Shown in pieces: positions 22,758 through 33,462 of a DNA stretch of 64,000 nt. The stretch is from an uncultured bacterium. Its GTDB lineage: Bacteria > Verrucomicrobiota > Verrucomicrobiia > Limisphaerales > UBA8199. Position 1 is the stretch's first letter. Each line of letters opens with the position of its first letter. Position numbers and translations under genes: made by a program. The notes beneath the pieces were generated by a model, which worked only from the letters and a program-made list of their open reading frames with translations, ran no database searches and was not told where the DNA came from. Where the stretch lies: positions 256,001-320,000 of the forward strand of contig CAVVMW010000006.1 of assembly GCA_963749495.1 (NCBI GenBank). Reading direction: 5' to 3'.

Positions 22758-25534
22758 TCCTTGGGGAAATCCCCCGCCGTCACGACCACGAGTTTGTTGG
22801 GATCGATGTGTTTCCTCAAGGCGGCGGCAACCTGCTCGGGCGTGAGGCCCTCGATCTTCTGCTCGAGTTCGGCCTCGTAGGTCATGGTGCGGCCGAGGTG
22901 GCGCAGGTTGGCCAATAACCCGGCGAGGGCCGCATCGCCGGAGCGGGCGATCTTGCGGGCCTGAAGGAGGCCCTGTTTGGTGTCGGCCAGTTCCTGGGCG
23001 GAGACGCCGTCGCGGAGCAGGCGCTCCAGCTCTTCCCGGGCGGCATTGACGACGCGCGCGATGTTGGCCGGATTGCAGATGGCGGACAGGGTCAGCGAAG
23101 CGCGCTGGTCCCAGGAGGAGACACTCAGCCCGGAGCTGACGGAGTAGGAGAGGCCCTCCTGCTGGCGGATGCGGTTGCCCAGGCGGGAGGAGAGGGCGCC
23201 GCTGCCCAGAATGTAGTTGCCCACAACCAGGGCCGGGTAGTCCGGGTCATCGTCGCGCACCGGGAACAACAGGCCCGCGATATAGGTGGCGTTGGCCTTG
23301 TCCGGTGTGAGGATTTGGTGCCGGGCGCCGGGCACATCGTCAACGATGGGTGTGGGGACGCGGGCATAGGGTTTGGCGGCCGTCCACTCCCCAAGGGCTT
23401 CCTTGAGGATCGGCAGGCAGGCCTCGGGGTCGAAGTCGCCCACGATCGTCAACTCGCCTTCCTGGGAGCCGAGATAGTCGCGATAGAGCATGACGACCTG
23501 GTCGTAGGCGGCCTTGCGCAGCCGTTCGATGGATTCCTCAACGGTAGGCTGGTAGCGCACGTCGTTGGCCGGGTAAGGGCTGAGTTCGCGTTGCAGGAGG
23601 CGGGGCGCGAGCATGCTCGGCTCGGTGCGCATCTGCTCCATCATGGCCAGGCGCTCGCGTTTGAAGACCTCGAACTGCTCGGCGGGCAACGCCGGCTCGC
23701 GCAGGACCTGGCCCAAGAGACGCAGCACGTCGGGCAAGGTGTCGCGCCGGGCCTGGATGGAGAAGCTCACGGCGCCAGCCGGGCCGCCCGCCGGGCCTGC
23801 CCCACGCCCGCCCCGTCCGCCCCGGCGCCCGCCGCCCCCGCCTCCGGCGCTGAGCGTGGCCTTAAGGCGATCCAGTTCGTCGCGCAGTTGCTGGTCGGTG
23901 AGCTTCCTGGTGCCGCGCAGCATCAATTCGGGCAGGAACCCGGCGGCGGTCTCCAGGCCCTTGAGGTTTTCCTCGTTGCCGTAGCGAAGGGTGAGTGTGA
24001 GGTGGACTTCATTGCCGCGCGATTTCTTGGGCAGGAGCGTGGCCTTGATGCCCTCGGGCAGGTCCAGGCGCTGGACGCGCGCCTCGATATTGGCGGGCGA
24101 TGGGTCGAAGGCCTCGCCCTGGGCGACGAGGGCGCGGCCCTTGTAATCGGCCACCAGGGTCTGGATGGGCGGGGCAGGGGGGACTTCGATGCGCTCGGCC
24201 TTCTGGCTGGGGATGAAGAGGCCGACCGTGCGGTTGTTGCGCTGCAGATAGCGGGCGGCGGCGGCCTGGACGGCCTCCGGGGTGGCCTGTTCGATGCGGT
24301 CGCGGTCCAGGAAGTAGAGGCGCCAGTCGCCTTGCGCGGCCCATTCGCTGAGCGAGATAGCGATGCGCCTGGTATCATTGGCCGCCTGTTCGCGGGCCTT
24401 GAGAAGTTGCTGGCGGGCACGGGCGACCTCCTGGGCGGTCACGCCTTTGGCGCCCAACTCCTCGACCAGCGCGATGAGTTGGTCGCGCACTTCCTCGAGC
24501 GAGCCGTCGCGCGAAACCTGGGCCTCGATGGTCATGAGGCCGGGGTCGTGTTCGGCGCTGGCATAGGCAAAGGCGCTGACGGCCTTCTTGGACTCGACCA
24601 GGGCCTTGTAGAGCCGGCCGCTCGGCTGGGTCGAGAGGATGTTGGCCAGCACCTGGAGTGTGGCCGAGTCTTCGTGCGGGCCCGCCGGGATGTGATAAGC
24701 CACGGCCACCACGCCCACCTCGCCGACGCGCCGCAGGGTGACCGTTCGCTCGCCGTCCTGGGGCGGTTCCTCGGTGTAGGTGGCCTTGAGTTTGCGCTCC
24801 GGCCTGGGGATGGGGCCGAAGTATTTTTGCACCAGCCCCAGTGCCCTGGCCTCGTTGAAGCGGCCTGCCACGACCAGCACGACGTTGTCGGGCTGATAAT
24901 ACTTTTTGTAAAAGGCGCGGAGGTTCTCTACGGGGACGCGTTCGATGTCGCTGCGGTTGCCGATGGTTGGCTTGCCGTAGTTGTGCCAGTGATACGCGGC
25001 GGCGGCCATCCGCTTGCTCAGCACGCCCGCGGGTGAGTTCTCGCCGCGCTCGAATTCGTTGCGGACGACGGTCATTTCCGAGTCCAGGTCCTCGCGTTTG
25101 ATGAGGCTGTTGACCAGCCGGTCGGCCTCGAGGTCGAGGGCAAATTCAAGGTTGTCGTCCGTCGCCTCGAGCGTTTCAAAGTAATTGACGCGGTCGCTGG
25201 AGGTGCTGCCGTTGAACTGGGCGCCGTGGTCCTGGAGGACTTTGGGGATCTTCGGGTGGCGCGGGGTGCCTTTGAAGACCATGTGCTCGAGCAGGTGGGC
25301 CATGCCAGTCTCGCCATAGCCCTCCTGGCGCGAGCCCACCAGCACGGTCATGTTCACTGTCAACTCGGACTTCGAGTCGTCTGGAAACAGCAGCACGCGC
25401 AGCCCGTTGTCGAGCCGGTACTCCGTGATGCCTTCGACGGAGGCGCCCTTTTCCGGCGAGTCAGCCCCCAGAACCAATCCGAAACCTGCAAAGAGAGAGA
25501 TGCCGATGATGGGGTAAGACGCGAGCTTGAGCAT
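22754..25534 (-). CDS. M16 family (pitrilysin-like) zinc peptidase, exported
   Basis: Signal peptide, LDNGLRVLL, GMAHLLEHMVFKGT (HxxEH), VVRNEFE, YQPDN, SSRL..IRQQEGLSY. Confidence 0.93.
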   Translation of the reverse strand: MLKLASYPIIGISLFAGFGLVLGADSPEKGASVEGITEYRLDNGLRVLLFPDDSKSELTVNMTVLVGSRQEGYGETGMAHLLEHMVFKGTPRHPKIPKVLQDHGAQFNGSTSSDRVNYFETLEATDDNLEFALDLEADRLVNSLIKREDLDSEMTVVRNEFERGENSPAGVLSKRMAAAAYHWHNYGKPTIGNRSDIERVPVENLRAFYKKYYQPDNVVLVVAGRFNEARALGLVQKYFGPIPRPERKLKATYTEEPPQDGERTVTLRRVGEVGVVAVAYHIPAGPHEDSATLQVLANILSTQPSGRLYKALVESKKAVSAFAYASAEHDPGLMTIEAQVSRDGSLEEVRDQLIALVEELGAKGVTAQEVARARQQLLKAREQAANDTRRIAISLSEWAAQGDWRLYFLDRDRIEQATPEAVQAAAARYLQRNNRTVGLFIPSQKAERIEVPPAPPIQTLVADYKGRALVAQGEAFDPSPANIEARVQRLDLPEGIKATLLPKKSRGNEVHLTLTLRYGNEENLKGLETAAGFLPELMLRGTRKLTDQQLRDELDRLKATLSAGGGGGGRRGGRGGRGAGPAGGPAGAVSFSIQARRDTLPDVLRLLGQVLREPALPAEQFEVFKRERLAMMEQMRTEPSMLAPRLLQRELSPYPANDVRYQPTVEESIERLRKAAYDQVVMLYRDYLGSQEGELTIVGDFDPEACLPILKEALGEWTAAKPYARVPTPIVDDVPGARHQILTPDKANATYIAGLLFPVRDDDPDYPALVVGNYILGSGALSSRLGNRIRQQEGLSYSVSSGLSVSSWDQRASLTLSAICNPANIARVVNAAREELERLLRDGVSAQELADTKQGLLQARKIARSGDAALAGLLANLRHLGRTMTYEAELEQKIEGLTPEQVAAALRKHIDPNKLVVVTAGDFPKE

Positions 25535-25597
25535 GACCCAGAGTGGCTGGGGGCGGGGGGGGAACACAAGCCTTTTCGGGGGCGAAAAGCTGCGGGC

Positions 25598-25640
25598 GGA
25601 ATGAGGAATGACGAATGACGAATGACGAATGACGAATGAG
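25598..25640 (+). repeat. Heptamer tandem repeat (GAATGAC)n
   Basis: Direct reading; reads TTCGTCA on the strand of the downstream M16 gene. Confidence 0.92.
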
Positions 25641-25781
25641 CAGCGATGTGCGCTCCGGCGAGTGACGATCCGACGACGGGCTGGTCTATGATCACGATAG
25701 GGCAGGAGACGCATAGTCCGACTGGTCAGACAGGTCAGACTGGTCGGACGGGGCGTTGCGCCCGGGGCGCTGAATTGAACA

Positions 25782-25810
25782 TTGCTAAATGGGAACTGTC
25801 CGCTTATAGA
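25782..25810 (+). promoter_or_regulatory. Putative sigma70 promoter TTGCTA-N17-TATAGA
   Basis: Near-consensus hexamers with 17-bp spacing just upstream of ORF 25819. Confidence 0.4.
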
Positions 25811-25818
25811 GTGGCCCG

Positions 25819-28056
25819 TTGAACTTTCGAACGAAGATCATGGTGGGTGAATCTCAATTGAACCTGCTGGCGCGCGTGCGCCGGGCAAAGGCGGCGGGGG
25901 CCTGGGCGGTGGGGTTGGCGGTCTGGATGGGGTGGATGGGGGCGGCGCAGGGGGCGCTGCAATTCGATGTGTTTTTCGGCTACGGCGGCATCGTGCGGGA
26001 GGGGAGTTGGTTTCCGCTGGCGTGCGAGATCAAGAATGACGGCCCGTCATTCAAGGGGGAGATCGAGGTGGGTTCGGGCACGTATAGCAAGGAGCCGCAG
26101 GTGCAGCGGGTGCCGATCGAGTTGCCCACGGGCACACTCAAGCGGGTGTTTATCCCGGTCTTTTTGGGCAGCCGCGGCTACAGCGCCTGGGACTTGAGGC
26201 TGCTGGACGAGCGCGGGCATGTGCGGGCCGAGCACCTGGGCGAGCGGCCCAACCGGAGCATCTCGGCGGACACGCCGTTGCTGGGAGCCATGGCGCGCAC
26301 GCCGGGGGGCGTCCCGGTATTTCGTCCCCTCCTCTCCGCCTCGCAGTCCGCGGCGTCCGACCTCCAGCCGCTCTCGGCGCTGTTGCGGCCCTCGATATTC
26401 CCCGACAACCCGCTGGTCCTGGAAGGGCTGGCTTCGATCTATCTCAACTCGTCGCAGGCCTCCGAAATCAAGGTGCCGCAGGTGGACGCACTCTACGCCT
26501 GGCTCAATGCCGGCGGCCATTTAATCGTCGGCGTCGAACAATTGTCGGACATCAATTCCACACCATGGCTCAAGGGGCTGTTCCCGTGCGAACTCAAGGA
26601 GATGAGAACGCTCAAACCAGCCCGGGAACTGGAGGCCTGGCTGGCCAGCCCGAGCGGCTTGCCCAGCGGCAGGCTCCGGGCCACCATCATGTCCACTCGC
26701 TCCCGCGGCCGGCCGGGCGCGCGCGTCGAGGGCAGCGCGGCCTTCACCGGCCTGGAGCAGGACCTGGCCTTCGCCGGGGCCGAGGTGCTCGTGGCAGCGG
26801 GGACGGTGGTGGACGGGCAGACAGTGCTCTCCTGCCAAGAGGTGCCACTCATGGTCACCGCCACTCGCGGGCGCGGGCGCGTGACGGCGCTCCTGTTCAG
26901 CCCCGAGCGCGAGCCGTTCCGCTCGTGGAAAAACCTGCCGACATTCTGGACGAAGCTGGCCGAGGTGCCCGCGGACTGGTATGCGACCGGGCCGCAGCAG
27001 CAGGTCTATTACGGCGGGGGAACGAGCACCGACGGCATCTTCGGCGCCATGCTCGACAGCCGCCAGGTCCACAAGCTGCCCGTCGAGTGGCTGCTGGTCC
27101 TGCTGATCGTCTATCTGGTCGTCATCGGACCGCTGGACCAGTACTGGCTCAAGCGCATCCACCGGCCCATGCTCACCTGGATTACCTTCCCGTGTTACGT
27201 GGTGCTCTTCTCGCTGCTGATCTATTTCATCGGCTACAAGCTGCGCGCGGGCGAGTCCGAGTGGAACGAACTGCACCTGGTGGACGTGCTGCTGGCCGGC
27301 GACCACGCCGAGTTCCGCGGGCGCACCTACGCCACCATCTATTCGCCCTCCAACCAGCGCTACATTCTGGAGAGCCAGCAGAAGTACGCCACGCTCCGGG
27401 GTGAATTCGCCGGCATGGCGGCCGGCGGCGCCTCCGACGAGAGAATCAACCTCCTGCACAAAGGCGACAGCTTCAAGGCGGAGGTCTTCGTGCCGGTGTG
27501 GATCAGCAAGCTCTACGTGAGCGATTGGTGGCAAACGGCCGAAGTGCCCCTGAGTATCTCCGTCACGACCACCCCGGCGGGCTGGACCGTCAGCGTTGCC
27601 AACCAGACCGATCAAAAGCTGGCCAATGCCCAAATCGCCATCGAGGACCGCCTCTTCGCTTTGGGCGACGTGCGGGCCGGGGAGAGCAAGAGCTTCAACG
27701 TGGCCCGGGAGCGGGGCCGGGGACTGCTCGAATTCCTTTCGGGCTACGGCAGCCAGTTCGCCGGTGCCGCCCACTCGCGTGGGCGCGCCTTCGCCTCGAC
27801 CGAAGCCGGCCGCATCAACGACCTCCCAACCGGCAGCATCGCCGCCTCCTTCCCCTCGCTGCTGAGTCTGGGCCCGGACCGCTTTTCGCGGTTCATCTCT
27901 CCCGCGGGCCTTGATGTGAGCCCCGTCGTCGAGCATGGCGGGGCGATGTTCTTCGCTTGGGTGGAAAACTACTCCCCCGTCAAGGCCATCAACCAGTTCT
28001 CCCCGCGCCGGTTCCACCAGAATACGCTCTGGAGGGTGGCGACGACCGTCAAATGA
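25819..28056 (+). CDS. Membrane-anchored accessory protein of ABC cluster (GATase-like domain plus two TM helices)
   Basis: Signal-like region, WLNAGGHLIVG, GRGRVTAL, LLIVYLVVIGPLDQYWLKR..WITFP; start may be 25840. Confidence 0.75.
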   Translation: MNFRTKIMVGESQLNLLARVRRAKAAGAWAVGLAVWMGWMGAAQGALQFDVFFGYGGIVREGSWFPLACEIKNDGPSFKGEIEVGSGTYSKEPQVQRVPIELPTGTLKRVFIPVFLGSRGYSAWDLRLLDERGHVRAEHLGERPNRSISADTPLLGAMARTPGGVPVFRPLLSASQSAASDLQPLSALLRPSIFPDNPLVLEGLASIYLNSSQASEIKVPQVDALYAWLNAGGHLIVGVEQLSDINSTPWLKGLFPCELKEMRTLKPARELEAWLASPSGLPSGRLRATIMSTRSRGRPGARVEGSAAFTGLEQDLAFAGAEVLVAAGTVVDGQTVLSCQEVPLMVTATRGRGRVTALLFSPEREPFRSWKNLPTFWTKLAEVPADWYATGPQQQVYYGGGTSTDGIFGAMLDSRQVHKLPVEWLLVLLIVYLVVIGPLDQYWLKRIHRPMLTWITFPCYVVLFSLLIYFIGYKLRAGESEWNELHLVDVLLAGDHAEFRGRTYATIYSPSNQRYILESQQKYATLRGEFAGMAAGGASDERINLLHKGDSFKAEVFVPVWISKLYVSDWWQTAEVPLSISVTTTPAGWTVSVANQTDQKLANAQIAIEDRLFALGDVRAGESKSFNVARERGRGLLEFLSGYGSQFAGAAHSRGRAFASTEAGRINDLPTGSIAASFPSLLSLGPDRFSRFISPAGLDVSPVVEHGGAMFFAWVENYSPVKAINQFSPRRFHQNTLWRVATTVK

Positions 28057-28058
28057 TG

Positions 28059-28087
28059 TGTGGACTGTGGACTCTGGACTGTGGACT
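28059..28087 (+). repeat. Heptamer repeat (TGGACTG)n
   Basis: gtggactgtggactctggactgtggact between stop 28056 and ATG 28093. Confidence 0.85.
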
Positions 28088-28092
28088 AATCT

Positions 28093-29046
28093 ATGAACGC
28101 TCCTCCTCCTCCGATCGAAGCGGTGCAGACGTTCGGGCTGACCCGGTTCTACGGCGTGATTGCCGCCTTGTCCGGGCTCGACCTGACCGTACACAAAGGC
28201 GATCTGTTCGGGTTCATCGGCTCGAACGGGGCCGGCAAGACGACCACCCTGCGCATCCTGGCCACGTTCCTGGCGCCTTCCTCCGGCCGGGCCCAGGTCC
28301 TGGGTTATGACGTCGTCAAAGATGCCGACTCGGTGCGGCATGTCATCGGGTACATGCCCGACTTTTTCGGTGTGTACAAGGACATGGAGGTGACCGAGTA
28401 CCTGGACTTTTTCGGGGCGTGCTACAAGATCCCGTCCGTGCAGCGCGAGAAGACCGTCAACGACGTGCTCGAGTTGGTGGGATTGAGCGAGAAGAAGGGG
28501 TCGCTGATCGGGGCGCTGAGCCGGGGGATGCAGCAGCGGCTGGGCCTGGCGCGGGTGCTGATTCACGACCCGCAGTTGCTGCTCCTGGACGAGCCGGCCA
28601 GCGGCCTGGACCCCCGCGCGCGCATCGAGATGATGGCCGTGCTCCAGGAACTCCAGCGCCTGGGCAAGACGATTATCATCTCCTCTCACATCCTCAGCGA
28701 ACTGCAGACCCTCTGCAACCGCGTCGCCATCATCGAGAAGGGCAAGCTCATCTACAGCGGGGCCGTCCAGGGCGTGCGCGACCAGATGGCGCAGGGGCGC
28801 GTCCTCTGGGTGCGCGTGTCGAGCGACCCGGCCAAGGCCATCGAACTGCTCAAGGCCCGCCCCGAGGTCGCGGAAGTCACGGCCAGCGACGGCGAGATCA
28901 AGGTCACGCTCAGCGGCCATGACAGCGACCACAGCATCATCGCCGACGTGCTGGTCCGGGGCGGGGCCAGGTTGATCGGCCTGCGCGAGGACGAGATCGG
29001 CCTGGAGGAGGTCTTCATGCGCGTGACGCGCGGGGAAACCCAGTGA
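28093..29046 (+). CDS. ABC transporter ATP-binding protein (ABC-2 type)
   Basis: GSNGAGKTT, LSRGMQQR, LLLDEPASGLDP, ISSHIL. Confidence 0.95.
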   Translation: MNAPPPPIEAVQTFGLTRFYGVIAALSGLDLTVHKGDLFGFIGSNGAGKTTTLRILATFLAPSSGRAQVLGYDVVKDADSVRHVIGYMPDFFGVYKDMEVTEYLDFFGACYKIPSVQREKTVNDVLELVGLSEKKGSLIGALSRGMQQRLGLARVLIHDPQLLLLDEPASGLDPRARIEMMAVLQELQRLGKTIIISSHILSELQTLCNRVAIIEKGKLIYSGAVQGVRDQMAQGRVLWVRVSSDPAKAIELLKARPEVAEVTASDGEIKVTLSGHDSDHSIIADVLVRGGARLIGLREDEIGLEEVFMRVTRGETQ

Positions 29047-29053
29047 CTGAGGC

Positions 29054-29127
29054 CGGAGGGCGGAGGACGGAGGGGGAAATGACGAATGACGAATGACGAA
29101 TGACGAGGGCGGAGGACGGAGGACGAG
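29054..29127 (+). repeat. Heptamer repeats (GGAGGAC and GAATGAC)
   Basis: Direct reading immediately after the stop codon. Confidence 0.85.
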
Positions 29128-29182
29128 CGAGGCGAGCCCGCCTTGGCCGTGCCGAACATGAGGCTGTGCGCCGGGTCCAATC

Positions 29183-29396
29183 GTCACCGCGTAGCGGTGC
29201 CTGATGGTAGCCGTGGACTTTCAGTCCACGGATCTTGACCCACGAGGACGTGCGTCGCGTAGCGACGCCTGAGAACACAATTGGCCGTGGCCGATGGAAC
29301 ATATCAAGAGTCGCTACGCGACGGGCGATCCCCCCGGCGCCCCAAACCGTGGACCGAGGTCCACGGCTACCTTCACTGCGTCGCTACGCGACGTGC
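29183..29396. repeat. Family L composite palindromic element
   Basis: gtagccgtggactttcagtccacgg, cgtcgcgtagcgacg, ccgtggaccgaggtccacggctac. Confidence 0.85.
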
Positions 29397-29538
29397 GCAG
29401 CGCGGCGCCGATCTGGAGGAGATTTATACACAAAGGCGGGGCGGCGTTGTCTATACTTGGAGAGCCGTTATGCAAAGTTCCGTTAGACCATGGTTCAGAC
29501 GCTGTCGGACACCGGGCACTGCACGATGACGTTGCACG

Positions 29539-31259
29539 ATGACGTTGCTGCCGATCATCGAGCGCGAGTTGCTGGTTCGGGCGCGGAGCCGGGCAAGCCG
29601 GCGGCTGCGCCTGGGGGCGGCGCTGGTCGGGACGTGGGTGTGCGTGCCGTGGCTCCTGTCGGGCGCATCGCTCACGCCGGTCAACGGCGGGGATCTCTTT
29701 CGCGCGCTGGCGGGCGCGTGCTTCATCCTCTGCTGCGCGGGTTGCTTGTTCACGTGTGATACCGTTGGCTCGGAGCGGCGCGAAGGGACGCTGGGGCTGC
29801 TGTTACTGACGCGCGTGCGGGCTGTGGACGTCCTTTTGGGCAAGCTGGGGTCAAACGGGCTGGATGCCTTGTCCGGGTTGGTGGCGCTGCTGCCGCTGTT
29901 GATGATCCCGGTGCTCATGGGCGGCACCACCGGCTGGGAGGCCGGGCGCAAGGGCCTGGCCTTGCTCGACACCCTCTGTCTGGCCCTGGCGGCGGGCCTG
30001 TATGAGTCGGTCTCGCACCCCAAGCAGTTCCGGGCAGCGGTGGGGGCGGTGCTGCTGGTGCTGGCAATCGTGCTCCTGCCGGCCATCTCATGGGAGAGGA
30101 CCGCGCTGCCGCATTGCTGGCCCCTGTTCAGTCCGCTCTCGGCGATGATCTGGGCGGGCGACGTCGCCTATCGGTCCTCCCCACTTGAGGTACTGGGCCT
30201 GTTTGGCCCTCGTGCAGGCGGAGGCCTGGGTCTTGGTGGCGTTCGCCAGTGATCGCCTGCGCCGTGCTGTGAGAGAAGCGGGCGACGCGCAAATCGAGTC
30301 CGCGGCGGCCAGCCGCCGGAACGGTCGCCGCCCGCCGCGGCCGATTTCCGCAGCGGAGAATCCCGTGGCATGGCTGCTAGGGCGGCAGGGGCCTAAACTC
30401 GGAAGCTACAGCATCGGTGTGCTCGAGGAAAATCCCGTGGCATGGCTGGTCGCGCGGCAGCGCGGTCTCCGGGCCGCTATATGGGCGGCGGTTGCGCTGA
30501 GTCTGATCAACAGCCTGGCCTGGGCTTTCCTTTCCCGGATGTTCCGGATTCCCTTCTCGCCCGGGTGGCCGTGGAGTGCGCTCGCGGGACTGCCCTGGCT
30601 GGCGCTGCACCTGCTGAGTTGGTCGCTGTTTGCCTGGGCTGCCAGCCGGTTTTTCATCGAGGCCCGGCGGACGGGCGAACTGGAGATGCTCCTCACGACG
30701 CCTTTGGGCGCCGGGCAGGTGGTGGCGGGGCAATGGCGCGCGTTGTGGCGCTTGTTCTTCGTGCCGGCGCTGGTGTTGGCGGTGATGGGCAGCGTGGGGA
30801 CCTTCCTTCCGCTGCTGGCTCTTCGCTCCCGCTCGGGCTTGGCGCAGCCGGAGATGTCGTACGTGCTAGGCCTGGTGGCTTTAAACCTCTTGCACCTGGC
30901 GCTTGGCCTCGCGGCGTTGTGCTGGCTGGGGCTGTGGTTTGGACTAAGGTCGCGCAGCCAGGCCGGCGCTGTCATCCGGACCATGGCGGTCGGCCAGGTT
31001 GTCCCGTACTTCCTCAACATCTGCGGCATGCTGCTGGTTTGGCCGCTTCGGGCCTTTCTTTCTCGCCTGAGCGGTCCGTTGCCGCTTTTCGTCGATTTGT
31101 CGGTACTGGCTGCCCCAGATCGCAGTCCTCATATATTCTCTCTGCATGATCCGCTGGGCCAGGAACCGATTGCGCCGGGAGTTGACCCGCTTCGAGCCGA
31201 ACCAATTCACGCTGCGCCGCCACAGCGTGGCGCCTTTGCCTTCAGCCTTTAGCCTTTAG
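29539..31259 (+). CDS. ABC-2-like permease paralog 1 (frameshifts ~30185, ~31088)
   Basis: MTLLPIIERELLVRAR, ERREGTLGLLLLT, ENPVAWL, EARRTGELEMLLTTP. Confidence 0.8.
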
Positions 31260-31277
31260 CCTTCAGCCTTGCCCATC

Positions 31278-33074
31278 ATGACCCTCCTTCCCATCGTCCA
31301 TCGTGAGTTGCAAGTGGCTGCGCGGCGGCAGGGGACGTATCGGGCGCGGTTCTGGCTGGCGCTGGCGATGGTGGGGCTGTGGTTGTTGCTGCTGCGGTTT
31401 GGCCAAAGCACGCTTCCCGCCTCGCAGCAAGGCCAGTCACTCTTCCGGTCCAGCGGGGTTCTGGCCCTGCTCTTCGCGATGGTGGCCGGGGCCTTCCTGA
31501 CGGCGGACTGTTTGAGCGAGGAAAAGCGGGATGGCACGCTGGGCCTGCTGTTCCTGACGGAACTCAAGGGCTACGACGTCGTCCTGGGCAAGCTGATCGC
31601 GACCTCGCTGCACGGGTTTTACGGGCTGCTGGCCGTGTTGCCGCTGCTGGGCCTGCCGTTGCTCATCGGCAGCGTCACGGGCGGTGAGTTTTGCCGCATC
31701 GCCCTGGCGCTGACGGCGACGCTGTTTTTGTCGCTGTCCATCGGGATGCTGGTTTCGGCGCTGTGGCTGCGGAGCCGGCAGACGATGACCTGGACGCTGG
31801 TGATCCTGGCGCTGGTGGCGGGCTTGCCGGCGGGCTTGTGGTGGCTTCTCTGCGCCTGGCAGGGGGGCCTGGCTCCGCAGGTCCTGCTGGCGCCCAGCCC
31901 GCCCTATCTCTTTTGGGCCGGGCTGGAGGCCAATTACGCCGGCGCGGCCTACTGGAGGTCGTTGCTGACGGTTCTGGTTTTGGCCTGCGGCGCGCTGGTG
32001 TTTCCGAGCTTGTACGCCCCGCGCGCCTGGCGGGAGACCGGTGAAGCGGAGGAGGCCGAGCCCCGGGCTTGGGGCGGATGGCTGGGATTGCGCTTCGGGC
32101 CGGTTCGCAGCCAACCGGCCCACCGGGGCCGGTTGGAAGCCAACCCCTATTACTGGCTGGCGGGGCGCGACCTGACTTCCCAATGGGCTGCGTGGTGCCT
32201 GCTGGGTCCGCTGTTCGGCATCTGGGCGTGCCTGGTCATGGCGAGCCTTGCTCTGGACATCCGGACCAGCGCGTCATTCAGTGCCCTGCTTTGGGCGATC
32301 ATCGTAACCGCTTATGGGATGCACCAGGTTCTAAAGTACTTGGTAACCATCGAGGCCTCGCGCCGGCTCTGCGAGGAACTCCGCAGCGGGACAATCGAGC
32401 CGTTGCTGGTGACCCCGATCTCCGAGGCGCAGATTGTGGCGGGGCAGAGGCAGGCGCTGGTTGGCTTGTTCGGGCGGCCTGCCGCCCTGGCAGTGGTCGC
32501 CAACCTGGTCGTGCTGCCGCTCTCGGTCGGATTCTATCTGGCGCGCGATGATTCGAGCGCCGCCTGGTTGTTCGGCCTGGCTAGCATCACAGGGATTGCC
32601 ATGCTGCTGTTTGATGTCCATGCCTTGAGCCTGGTGGGGATGTGGCTGGCTATAAAAGGGGTGGGGCATCGGCGGGCGGTCTTCGGCGCCCTGTCGCGGG
32701 TGATGTTGGGGCCGTGGCTGGCGATAGCGATTCTGCTGCTGATGCGCGGGCTGGGGGCCAGCCTGGCTTTCGAGAGCCTCATCTGCTGGTGGGGCGTCAG
32801 CGCCCTGATTGACCTGAGCCTCGCTAACCGGGCCAAAGAGGAACTGCTCAAGGGCCTGCGGGACCATGCCTCCGAGCCCGCCGCACCCGAGACGGCGCCG
32901 GGGCCGGCCCCGGAAAACGCGGAGCCGTCCGGCGCGCCGGGCAGCCGCGATCTCCGGCCCAAGGGGCCGGCAGAACCTAGCCCAGGGCTGAGGCCGCCAG
33001 GCCGATGCCCTGGGACAGGCCCGCGCAAGCACGGGCGCGCCCTGAAGGGGGAATGGCACTTACTTAGTGCCTAA
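31278..33074 (+). CDS. ABC-2-like permease paralog 2; C-terminus runs through a REP into the IS end
   Basis: MTLLPIVHRELQVAARR, ADCLSEEKRDGTLGLLFLT, ANPYYWL, EELRSGTIEPLLVTP. Confidence 0.85.
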   Translation: MTLLPIVHRELQVAARRQGTYRARFWLALAMVGLWLLLLRFGQSTLPASQQGQSLFRSSGVLALLFAMVAGAFLTADCLSEEKRDGTLGLLFLTELKGYDVVLGKLIATSLHGFYGLLAVLPLLGLPLLIGSVTGGEFCRIALALTATLFLSLSIGMLVSALWLRSRQTMTWTLVILALVAGLPAGLWWLLCAWQGGLAPQVLLAPSPPYLFWAGLEANYAGAAYWRSLLTVLVLACGALVFPSLYAPRAWRETGEAEEAEPRAWGGWLGLRFGPVRSQPAHRGRLEANPYYWLAGRDLTSQWAAWCLLGPLFGIWACLVMASLALDIRTSASFSALLWAIIVTAYGMHQVLKYLVTIEASRRLCEELRSGTIEPLLVTPISEAQIVAGQRQALVGLFGRPAALAVVANLVVLPLSVGFYLARDDSSAAWLFGLASITGIAMLLFDVHALSLVGMWLAIKGVGHRRAVFGALSRVMLGPWLAIAILLLMRGLGASLAFESLICWWGVSALIDLSLANRAKEELLKGLRDHASEPAAPETAPGPAPENAEPSGAPGSRDLRPKGPAEPSPGLRPPGRCPGTGPRKHGRALKGEWHLLSA

Positions 33075-33410
33075 AACTTTGGCGCTTAGGCGCTTGCGTT
33101 GATGGGGATGAGGTGCCCTCTGGAAGATAATCTTGCGGGACAGCCGCTCCATGTCACGCAACAGCCCCCGCACCTGTCGGTAGTGGTTAACCGCTTGGCG
33201 CATCTGCTCGAACTCCTCCTGGGTTAGTGAGACGGTGATCGTCTTCTGCGCGACTTTGCGCGTCCACTGGTAACCGGCACCTCCGCCCGAGCGCCGCGTG
33301 CGGTCCTGCACCGAGCCCTGGCTGAGGTAGCCTATTTGGCTCAAACGGCGTCGCAATTGCTCGTATTGCCGGTCCCAGGAGGCGGTGCCCTCATACAGAT
33401 TTTTGTTCAT
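33060..33410 (-). CDS. IS-associated small basic protein, DUF6788-like
   Basis: 116 aa, LSQGSV...YQWTRKVAQKTITVSLT..MRQAVNHYR; stop codon lies in the left TIR. Confidence 0.7.
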   Translation of the reverse strand: MNKNLYEGTASWDRQYEQLRRRLSQIGYLSQGSVQDRTRRSGGGAGYQWTRKVAQKTITVSLTQEEFEQMRQAVNHYRQVRGLLRDMERLSRKIIFQRAPHPHQRKRLSAKVLGTK

Positions 33411-33442
33411 CGGCCTCAATTTTAGCTTGCCGGTCAAGCATA

Positions 33443-33462
33443 GTCCAGTATATATACTGGAC
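33443..33462. promoter_or_regulatory. Perfect 20-bp palindrome between the divergent IS genes (candidate operator)
   Basis: GTCCAGTATATATACTGGAC, directly abutting the transposase ATG at 33463. Confidence 0.55.

Noticed and set aside
26521..29187. Long antisense ORFs (e.g. 26521-29187, 14632-16662, 58165-60693, 36967-38928)
   Set aside because: Shadow ORFs opposite well-supported genes, expected at high GC; no recognisable motifs
33443..33462. LexA/SOS box in the IS spacer
   Set aside because: The arms read CAG..CTG rather than the CTG-N10-CAG of the E. coli-type box; kept only as an unassigned palindrome
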